A stretch of DNA of 64,000 nt, taken from contig OZ316892.1 in the NCBI GenBank assembly GCA_973895155.1, positions 13,327,270 through 13,391,269 on the forward strand, read 5' to 3'. Made by a program: the position numbers and the translations under genes. How positions within the stretch are numbered: position 1 is the stretch's first letter; each line of letters starts with the position of its first letter. The stretch is from Marsupella aquatica. Its lineage: Eukaryota; Plantae; Marchantiophyta. Below the pieces are notes generated by a model. The model was not told where the DNA came from and ran no database searches. It saw only the letters and a list, made by a program, of their open reading frames with translations. Shown piece by piece: positions 13,701-23,451 of the stretch.

Positions 13701-15019
13701 TTTGAATCCAACACACTGAGTGAAATCAGATTCTTACGCATGCTAGGTACATACCTGACTCTGGACACTGTGCGCACAGCGCCATCAAACATTTGAATCT
13801 TTACAGACCCAATTCTCTCAATTTGACAGAGTGATCATTTCCCATCAGAACTGAACCGTTTGAAACAGAGTAAGAACTGAAAAACTCATGAATGTAACAA
13901 ATATGAAAAGAGCAAGCACAATCAAGAATCCACACATCATCTGCTCTCCTAGATGACGTGCATAGGGCATACCCCTGGCTTCATAAAACATACTCATCAT
14001 TGAGTAAATTAGCTTCTCCATCAGCCCTAGCCACATTTGCCGATGAAGTTTCCGCTGCCTTTCCCTTACAGTCTTGCTTGAAGTGTCCAACTTGGTTGCA
14101 CTTCCAACATGTCACCTGCCTCCTCTGAGGGGATTTACCCCTGGACTTAGATCTTGATTTAGATCTAAACTGGGTTCTACGGTCCCTAGTTGGTCGCTGC
14201 ATACTCCTCCCACGGTTAACATTGAGGGCAGCACCAGATGATGAAGGCTGTGACGTGATGTGCATCTTCTACTGAAGATCATCACTAAGTAGAGAACTTA
14301 CCACATCATTGTATGACATGGTATCCCTATCACGATGCAACAACACTCGTGATAGGGACTGGTAAGATGGAGGCAATGAACTAAGAAGCTGCAGAGCCTT
14401 CGTCTCATCATTCAAAGTCTCCCAAGGTTTTCCAAGTCAACGACCATGTCGTTGAAAGCATCCACATGGTCTTGCAACTTCGTACCAGATTCCTTCATCC
14501 TGAAACTCATCAGTTTGTAGGAAGTGTAGAGCCGGTTCGACAACTCCTTGCGGTGATACTTGCTTTGCAATTCCACAAACAAGGACATGCAATCCTTATG
14601 TGCACCCAATTGCTTGATGATGGGAGGCATGAGATAGAGTGTAACACACCACACTCCCTACTCTTGCATGCGGTCCCATTGTTTCTCATCAACATCGTCT
14701 TCACGAGGGCTCAGCAGTTGGCCCATCCCTAACGCATAGAGCACTCCCTTCACCTGCTTCTCCCATAGCAAGTAGTCAGAGCGCCCATCATACTTTGTCA
14801 CTTCATACTTGGGTCCCCCAAGCTTGAAAGTCCCCATCTTCTTTTTTGGCACTACCGTGAGCTCCGGTAGTAGTACTGCTTTCTCCACCACATGCCGCAC
14901 CGGTGATGTATCGGTGTCACGTGCTCTTCCTCCTGCTCCTCTCTCTGCCCCTCAAACTGCCGCGGTGATCCTCGTGCTTCAAGTTCCACGTCTTCGAAAA
15001 ACTCCTCCGAATCACTCAT
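10709..15019 (-). pseudogene. copia gag-pol polyprotein, disrupted by stops and frameshifts
   Basis: Domain order is gag (KYDGRSDYLLW, LMSFRMKE, zinc knuckle CWKCNQVGHFKQDC), protease (WILDCACSFH), integrase (LWHSRLGH, CEHC, HSDVWGP, LRSDNGREY), RT (YKARLVAK, QMDVVTAFLYG, SLYGLKQSPR, YVDDML), RNase H (STTEAEY, ADAFTK). In-frame stops at 11813 and 11084, plus frameshifts in gag/PR. Confidence 0.95.
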
Positions 15020-16042
15020 ATGAGAAAATCGCAAAAAATGTCATTTTTCACAACTTCTCAAAAAACTCGAAACTCAACACCGCCGCGTAGCCCACGAAGC
15101 TAGGAGTCCAATACTGAAAACCAAAATCAAAATCAAAATTTGACGGAAAAGTTATTCAAATTTCGGTCGAGGTGGGTAAAACCTTGGGAAACTCCCCCGT
15201 TTTGACCACCTCAGGGAATAACCAAAATACCAACTACAACCTGTCATCGGAATTGCAATGTGATCGGTGCGCCGCGTTGCCAACTTCAATGGCTACGACC
15301 TCGCCGAAAAAGAACCAAAAAAGTTACCGTTTGGCGGACGAAATCTTTGTCGGACGGTCAAAAAATAGCTCTCTGGTTTTTTGGAATATTCTATGACCCT
15401 TGTACAGGCCCTGTGGGAATTTTGGAAGAACAATCGAGGGGCTGACACATGTCCTCGAACCCCCAAAACCCCCTACCACCCTTCGTCATCGAAATCTGGT
15501 CGCGCGCGCAGAAAATACACACTGCAGAATGTACCCCTCAACACCAAACGCAAGATATCTCACTTGGGTTTTGACGAAATCAATATCTGATTTCAGATTT
15601 GGAAACTAGACTCCGAGGCGGTGAAGATCGATATAAGAAGCACCCAAAACGAGGAAAGAATGAGGGAGAAAAAAATTGGTAAAGATTACAGATTTCTCTC
15701 AATTGCCATAGCCAATTTCGAATCAGTTTTTCAAAGAGAAAAAATGGTACCTTGTCAACAACGAATGTTGATGAATTGCACTTGGTTCCGTCACCAAGTC
15801 CAACAAGGTAATTGATTTTGCTTAGCCTTCCTCTTCGCATCAAAGAGCCAATCCTGGACTCAAAACAATCGTCTTGCCTCTATCTCTCCGTTGAGTCAAA
15901 ACACTTGACGCTTCTCCCTCCGAGTCGATTGCCACGACAAGAAACCCTGATCAGGCAAAAGAGGACTCCATAGCCGGTCAGAAAATCAGAATGCTTCTTT
16001 TGCTCGTCCCGTCGCACACGGTACACACTTGGTAACAAATCA

Positions 16043-16502
16043 GTGTGGGTTCTCAAACTGCCTCAGCACTTTCACTAGAGTGTAACTATCAAGAAAACCA
16101 AAAAACCTTGGAAGGTGTGGAATGATGTTGCCCAACTCTCTTTGCTAGTGAACAGATGGCTACTTGATTCTAATTTTAAGTGCTTCATTGATGCAACTAG
16201 CCATCAAGATGACATCATCACACAAAGAGGATTGTGACCAATTTGACATAGGTGTATCCAAGTATACATGTTGTCATATTACAGGTACATGATGCTGACC
16301 ATACACTAACCACACCCTAACCTGATGTCCTTGCATACGATAAGTGTCTTTTTTCATCTAACTCGACCATGATTTCTAAACAAGCAAACTCATCTGTGAC
16401 TTTCAGGATATTGAAAATTCGCCCATGGTTTTTGGAAAATGTAGCCAAAAACATTTGAGGCTTTCCAATTTCTTTATTTCATATTTCACATTTAGGTGAC
16501 AT
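16043..16502 (-). pseudogene. PIF/Harbinger DDE transposase fossil, middle part (inside the inversion)
   Basis: The minus strand translates to NWSQSSLCDDVILMASCINEALKIRIK*PSVH*QRELGNIIPHLPRFFGFLD..TLVKVLRQFENPH, which resembles the Harbinger (DDE_Tnp_4) region around GxIDGT. Confidence 0.65.
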
Positions 16503-16847
16503 TGTTAGGATTTACTCTTAGGTCTAGAGTTACGAATGTACCGTAGTTAAGACTAACCTTAGTCGTAGACTTGGTTAGGTTAGTCATGCTGTGCACACTC
16601 TATAACCAAGCGGTGTTTGCTTGGAGAGGTGGAACTCAGGCTCATTGTTACGGAGCCAGTTGAGAGATAGGGAGAGCTTGTGCTGTGGATGCTTGGTATG
16701 GCCGGTCGGCCTAGAGTGCAGTAAAGCTCTTGTTTGTTCCCGTGGACGTAGCCTCATGTGGAGGTGAACCACGTATCTCTCTGTGTCGACTATTGTGCGT
16801 TGGATGGTTCATGGGCTTGCCGTTGCGATCGTCGTCTATGCTCAACA
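16503..16847 (+). repeat. 5' LTR (345 bp), inverted relative to the element body
   Basis: TGTTAGG...CTCAACA on the plus strand is the reverse complement of 10173-10517 and is followed by the PBS. Confidence 0.95.
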
Positions 16848-16849
16848 AT

Positions 16850-16860
16850 TGGTATCAGAG
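16850..16860 (+). promoter_or_regulatory. Primer-binding site (initiator Met tRNA)
   Basis: TGGTATCAGAG lies 2 nt after the LTR end, the canonical plant tRNAiMet PBS. Confidence 0.92.
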
Positions 16861-17220
16861 TATGCCTGGGAGGTGACGTGTGTTCGTGACAGGATTTCGT
16901 GACGGTTTTTTCCAGTGTTGAGTGTCGATGGATTTCCCGGAGTTGTCGCATGGAACTTGGAGTTTATGGGCTCAACGGATAGATCGGGGCAAGAGCTTTC
17001 TGACGGTGTGAAGAAATCGCTGACCGGAGCTCATGATGCAGAGAGATCTAAGTTTTTGTCGTTCTGGATTTTGTGAAGAAAGTTGGCAACATTCGTGTTC
17101 GACGGTTTTTTGGAGGAGGGACCAAAGTTTGTTTTCTCGACGATTTGAGCTCTACGGCGAAGGAGACATCGCATGCTGTAGCTCTGCTTGTAGATTGGGA
17201 TGAGCTATTTGTTTTGGTAG

Positions 17221-17580
17221 CACCATAGGAAATGGTTCCAATGAAGGAAGAAAAAACATTTTCATGTACCAATTTTTATATGGTTATAGACCACAATGGT
17301 CATTTATTTATGTTGATGGAGGATATTGTGGCTCTTTCATAACATGATGTTGCAATTTTACTGAGCAGTTTTGGATGGAGAAAAATTGGAAGGACTTATT
17401 TGTCAATGTTTGAAGTTAATCATCACAAATTCTTGTTTGGTGATTCAGGCTACACTGACATGAAGAAATAATCAAATTTAGCAAGATAGAGGTGTGAACA
17501 GTTTGTCAATCTATAGGGCTAGTAAACGTGTTTCAGAAGTGCACTCTATATATGTATAGAGTGTGGGTTCAATGGGGATA
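17221..17580 (+). pseudogene. PIF/Harbinger DDE transposase fossil, C-terminal part
   Basis: Frameshifted translation HHRKWF..RKK...VIDHNG..IYVDGGYCGSFH.DVAIL...NWKDLF...LFGDSGY...YRVWVQWGI includes the GSxHD, GDxGY and RVxVE-like Harbinger motifs. Confidence 0.7.
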
Positions 17581-18598
17581 TCTTATGTATTTTGGGATAT
17601 CACATGTGATCCTAACTTAATACATATACTCTAAATATACCAAAAGATTTTATAAAAACTATTCTAGGAATGTAGTCTATTTGAAAGATTAATGATCATT
17701 CTATTTTTGTTTATAATGTACACCTTAAAAAATGTTTCTATAAATTTGAGTTTATAATACCTTGCTTGACCTCCTGCTTTTAAAGTTTTTTGCAAGTATC
17801 GCTTAAATATACCTATTTTCACTCAACATCTGGTTTCAACTGATTTCAATCAACCCCTCTAAAACACCTGCTTATGAAATAGATATTCATTGAGAAGTGC
17901 GCAAAACAAAATTGGCTTTGTGTTTCATGAAAGATGTTTTAAAGACATTCCCATACTTGAGGCTTGGTTTAGATGATGTTTTCAGACATTTTCATACTCG
18001 AGGCTTGGGTTTGATCTTTGTTAATTAATAGTACTTTATGGTAATAAAGCTATTGTCTAGATCACTATAAAAAATGGGTTTCCGCTTGTAATTGCTTTTG
18101 TTTGTATCCAGTTGACCTCATAACAGTATTTCTCTACTTGATTTAGACTTGGAGATTTTTTATTTCCATTTTTTACCAATATATGGTCTTGCTAGTTGTT
18201 ATGTTTTCTTTATACTCTCTTACTACGTAAAGCCTTTCATGACTTTTCTCTTTGTATATTTGAGTGCATTAATTCTCCACAATGCACCCCTTTTTTTGAG
18301 CAGGGGATTATACAAAACACCATAAATATAGTAAAAGTAAAAATTAAATATAGTTTTACCATACACAAAAAAATTAAATTTAGTCAAGATCTCAAGATGA
18401 TAACCAAATCTTATATGGTGATACGAACAAAATATCTATGAATAGAATCTAATATAACTCAATAACGTATATTTTTGGCCAATTTCATAGCAACCACTTC
18501 TTGGATGATGTGGATGACCTTTTAATCTGAATTTTCTATTTCAGGGATTCACTTTTTCTTGTTTGTAACCAAAAAGTCACTCAAGTTTTTACGTACAT

Positions 18599-18704
18599 TA
18601 ATGTCCTAGTTATGGGCATTATGGAAATAATGTCCTCAAAACTCGGGCTACTGCCCTGTTTTTCAGGGCATTATATCCCACAATGCCCTCTAACTAGGAC
18701 ATTA
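18599..18704. mobile_element. ~105-bp palindromic MITE-like hairpin
   Basis: TAATGTCCTAGTTA...GGGCATT...TGGA...ATAATGTCCT mirrors AGGGCATTAT...TCC...AATGCCC...TAACTAGGACATTA; TA occurs at both ends. Confidence 0.65.
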
Positions 18705-20183
18705 TCCTATTCATAGTCTGTTCTTTTTGCAAACTACTAGTACATAATTTTGTTGCTAATTAACTCAATTTAGCCTTGCTTTCCAATACATTGCTTTGGT
18801 AGTTATTATAGTCTATTTAAAAATAAATTTCTACATAATAGTGAGATTAAATTTTTTGGATAAAAGAAACTCCAAATGGAAAAAATTAATCTAAATGTCA
18901 ATGCTAGAAGGTCCTTAATTTAAACAAGCCTGAACTTTATAAAACCCAAAATATGTATTATGAATATAGACTTTTCTTTCCAATCAATGACAATAGACAT
19001 GTGTGATTGATTGATTAATAAATATTATTGTGGATTTGAAGTTGTATTGATTTAATTTAATTGGATTTAAGGAGATAAAAATTGTCCAAAATTTTAATTT
19101 TATCTAATTGGGGTATCTAAGTACTCAAGTTAGAAACCTTCAAAACCTCTTTATACTTTTATTTTGCCTGGGAAGAGAGATATATTTTCTTTAAGTGCTC
19201 AACCTTGTGTAAATTTTATTTTTTATAGTTCTTGAAACTTGGATAGTCATTCCAAACTTGTGGAAATGCATTTTTTCTATTTATGTGCCATCACACAAAA
19301 ATCCTTGATCAAAATCTAGATTTGGTAATAAATTTGGAAGTAGAAAATGAAGCTTATTGATAACATTATCTAAAGGTCATAGAAAGAATGGACTCTATGA
19401 CCTGTATTAGTACAAGTAAAATAATAAAGTTAATGGTTATTTATTGAGAATTTACCTCACTTTGGTCAACAATTTCATGATTCTCACCAAAAACCTTGAC
19501 TTGGGTTTGAGGAGTCAAGTTACAATCTGTCTATAAAAGTTAGAGTAGGTTACTAAGTGTCTAGTTATGAAACACATGTTAAAAAGTCAAATAGTACCCT
19601 AATGATGATACACACTTCAAAAAGTCAACACTTAGCATACTCCAACCTTACTTTAACTAAACCCTATTTTTCCCAGTAGGTATTGGTATTTTACATATTT
19701 TGGTTTTTAGAATCATGTATTTTAGTTTATAGAATTGGCCACATTGTAAGCTGCTTAAAGCCAAATATTGCCTGTAAAACAAGTGTTACCATAATCTTTT
19801 GTGTGCTTGCAAGCAAGTTATGATATACTAGTTGGTATGGCCCACCACTAGCCACATGACCAGGATTAATTAGCCTAGCTAGCTTGGTAATCTTATTGTC
19901 ATCAATCATAAATCCCAGCTCCTTAGGTTCCTTGTGCCCTAGGTTCTTAGTTTGCATAGTTAAAAACATTAATATGATTGGATTGCAAAAGCTGCCAAGT
20001 TATTTCAGGCGACCATCTTATGAGAATTTGGTTTTAACCAAAATACCTTCCTTATGTAACCAAAATTAGGCATATGCTTTCCATGGGGGATCTGATTTAT
20101 TGGACCAACACACCAGGTCATGACAAAATATTGTTGATTCTTGGGTAAACTAGGGCATTTGATGTTAGTAGGGACGTACCCAA

Positions 20184-20541
20184 TGTTGGGGTTCTAGTCG
20201 GGCACGATGACAGCAAAGGAACCAGCATACAACACGGTCAACACAGACAAAGAGAGTGTGTGGTTCACCCCGTCTCGGCTACGTCCACGGCCGTGAGAGA
20301 ATAATCAATATGAACATAACAATACATCCACCATAGCCTAGCTCCACAAGCTCCACTATGACTTGATCTCTCTCACCCTCCAGCCTCTCCACACAGAAGA
20401 CTGAACTCTCAAATTCCCCTTGGGTACACCCCATCCCATGGTCTATGGGAGCCTGGAACTCAAATGAGTGCTATCTTAGTTTGATAAAGGCTAACTAGTA
20501 CTAATGGCAGTAAATTGTTATACTGGAGGCATAACCTGACA
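20184..20541 (-). mobile_element. Solo LTR (358 bp) of a related copia family
   Basis: TGTTGGG...CCTGACA is flanked by the perfect 5-bp TSD CCCAA (20179-20183, 20542-20546). It shares GTGGTTCACC...GGCTACGTCCACGG with the neighbouring copia LTRs. Confidence 0.8.
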
Positions 20542-21655
20542 CCCAAATGGACCAAGAAATGGTTGACACATAAAGTGTGAGTGTAGCGCCCCCAACTCAA
20601 CCATGGGGTCCAGCTACAGACCTCTTCCTTTGGTAGCCCTTGACCCCCTCTTTGCATTGCACCTACTAGTTCTTTGAGATCACTTGCGGATCTCAAGTTA
20701 CAGTACGTTGCCCAGAGATTGTAACAAAACACTACCAACAAGCCGCACAATTGGTTTGTCTGGACCACCCGCCCAAAGATGCAACTCAAGCCGGAAGCCA
20801 ACCAACCTTGACTTATCACTAAGATGTGGAGAAAATGATAAAGTGTTTTCTGGCCTTGCCTTATAATATGGAAACACACAAAATTAATGTTTTGCACAGC
20901 AACTGCGCTAACCATAGAAGTATTTTCACGGTCTATAATGTAGTGTGTCAATTGCCCTCTTACAATACCACGTCTTGTAAGCAAAACATTATTAGTAGGG
21001 TATGCACTGGTAGTAAGTTAGTTCCACTTCCAGTTACCCTCACTGGAAGCAGAAGCATTCTAGAGATGCACATAAAACATAGACACGTACACGTATGTTA
21101 GTTACACCCATAGCCCCCCTTATTGTAAACGGAAGCATTAGAATACATACACTACACACACAACATTGAAGCAAGCAGAAAGGAAAGTAGTGAAAGCGAT
21201 GAATTGTAAATGCAAGTCACAGTACTTTAAGTACACGGGTGAACGTGAGGCCGATAATTGCACAGTGATATACATACGGTGGTGGTGCACCGAGTACATA
21301 TGCTAACGTGATCTGACTGCAAGCAGAGAAGCACAGCGGGACACAGTCATAGTAGTACGGCAAAATGATCCCGGGCCACATATATTTATTTTAGGGGGGC
21401 CAACCATGTCTTCTCATGGGAGCAGCAACAAAGCAGGAAGGAACGAGCACAAGGGAGGGTGGGCAAGAATGGTGAAGAAACAAAGAACATGGATTCATAC
21501 AATGATTCTTGTTGGCCTCTCTCTCTGTGCGCCTATGCTGAGTCTGGCTTTGCCCAAACTGGTCCGTGCCGGGCCTGGCCTGGCCGCTCACTTAGTCCAC
21601 CTTTCTTCATGCAACCACCTTATCACTGCTGGGTCTGTTGGCTTTGTTATCGATG

Positions 21656-22180
21656 CCTCTGACCAGACTATACTATACTACACTACACTACACGACACGA
21701 CACGATACTATACTATACTATACTATACTATACTATACCACTACTACTACTACTACTTGGATGGAGGAGGAGGAGGTATAGGATAATCACTCTCTTGGCA
21801 CAGGGTTGTTAGGTTGTAATCCTCTACCAGAAAGTGAAGAACAGCTGACCGATGGTAATTAGAAAGCTTTTCTGAGCAATTTGGGAGCAAGGTTCAGACT
21901 AGAAACCCGGCCCAGGTCGTACGTATGGTATGTAAGTCCAGAAAAATGTTCACAATTATGACTTCACAGGCAGGAGATTATGGATACAGCAAGGGTCTTC
22001 AAAAACCATTACACACCAGTAACATTTGTTCCTTAGTGAATTTAGGCTACATCATCTGGGGGGTTATCAATACCACTGACCAGAGTACTATACGACCTCT
22101 GGGTTATCAATACCTCTGACCAGACTACTATACTACCTCTAGTACAGTACTTGGATGGAGGAGGAGGAGGAGGAGGAGTA
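21656..22180. repeat. Microsatellite-rich duplicated block (TACTA)n / (TAC)n / (GGA)n
   Basis: CTCTGACCAGACTA..TATACTAC...TACTTGGATGG(AGG)n occurs at ~21656-21780 and again at ~22115-22180. Confidence 0.75.
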
Positions 22181-22469
22181 TTGTGTCCCTGCTGCCCAAG
22201 TACCAAGTACAGTGGTGTAGCCCCATGGGAGGCTTGGGACATGCATTGCGAGTAGTTGTGAAGAAGTGTTGTGGTTTACTATGCAGTGAGACACAGTGAG
22301 ACACACTGCAGTAGTAGTGAGACCGTGAGAGGGGTTCCGTGTTCCGTGTTCCGTTGTAGCCGACAACAGTGAGAGCGGGGCACTACGAGAGCCTCACACA
22401 GCGAGCCCACGTATAGTGTGGGGGTGGGGCGGGGAGAGGCGAGGCGACGAAGATTTGCAGCCACAGTTC

Positions 22470-22692
22470 TCGTGCGTTTCCCTTGCCTTTCCTGCGTTTC
22501 CCCCTTGCCTCGTCCCTACCCTTGCCTCGTCCCTACCCTTGCCTCGTTCCTTCCCTTTCCTTCCCTTTCCTTTCCTTACCTTGACTTGCGTTTGGCTTGC
22601 CTACCCTTCCCTTCCCTTCCCTTCCCTTCCCTTCGGTTTGGGTTCCTTTCCTTGCCTTTCCTTTCCTTTCCTTGCCTTTCCTTTCCTTTCCT
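22470..22692. repeat. Pyrimidine-rich low-complexity tract (CCTTT/CCCTT/CCTTG)n
   Basis: Directly visible; it generates the spurious P/F/L-rich and K/G/E-rich ORFs in the track. Confidence 0.9.
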
Positions 22693-23451
22693 GTCGCGCA
22701 GGGGGAGCGAACGGGACCACATCGCCCAGTGCCCAGTCCGATGCAATTCACGGACAGCTGCGACCATCCATAGCACATCGCAGGCGCAGCAACCAGGCGA
22801 TCGCGAGAGAAGAGGAGGAGTAGAAACAGCAGAGGAGGAGTGGAAACAGCAGAGCTCGAGATCTCCATCCATCCATCGGCCTTGGTGGTGCTGCTGGCCT
22901 GGGGTGGGGGAGGCCAGCCAGGAGGACAGGACAGGACAGGTGAGGAAGAGGACTGGAGGGACTGGAGGAGGAGGAGGAGGAGGAGGAGGAAGAGGGGCTG
23001 TGGTGAGGAGAGAGTTGCAGGGAGTGTAGTGTGGGGGCAGACAGTAGATGTATTGAGATTCCGTTGGAGTATGCATATGCCGCATGTGGTTGGTTGTCGG
23101 TAGAAGAAGGGTGAAAGTCGAGTTGCTCTGTTTGAGGTGGTGCATGATACCTTGCTCCGAATTACGGTTTGTAGTGACCAGCATCCCATTCCGTGGTGAC
23201 TTTCAACGACGGTGCCACTCTTTTGGTCAGTTCATGTCACCCTTACCCTTTCTAAATTGCACCACTTCGGCGGAGCTGTTTAGATCTTCCACTCGAACGA
23301 CAACCGTGCAGTATTCCGTGACTGGGGTTGGAACACAATACCGTACCAGTCTGTTGGCCGGTCCCCGACCACCCAATTTCACGCCATTTCGAGGAGATCG
23401 CAGGAGTAGAACTTCAGGAAGAGGTTTTCAGAAAGAAAGCGGGTATGTTTG

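Larger units (their letters stand above)
10173..17223 (-). mobile_element. Ty1/copia LTR retrotransposon (Tnt1/Tork-like), defective, with its 5' end inverted
   Basis: 3' LTR 10173-10517 (-), PPT ~10520-10528, gag-pol on the minus strand, 5' LTR 16503-16847 on the PLUS strand followed by the PBS. The TSD ATGTC (10168-10172) is the reverse complement of GACAT (16498-16502). The span includes ~460 bp of host DNA (16046-16502) carried by the inversion. The lineage assignment is inferred from protein motifs. Confidence 0.93.

Noticed and set aside
10173-16847. DIRS-like element or a new retroelement class with inverted terminal repeats
   Set aside because: The element has a DDE integrase, copia domain order, PBS, PPT and a 5-bp TSD, and no tyrosine recombinase. 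A secondary inversion explains the orientation.
10173-17223. Two independent head-to-head copia insertions
   Set aside because: The matching TSD and the restored Harbinger frame point to one insertion; independent insertions would not share these.
22416-23189. Overlapping 135-218 aa ORFs on both strands
   Set aside because: They arise from stop-poor microsatellite and low-complexity sequence and have no recognisable domain.
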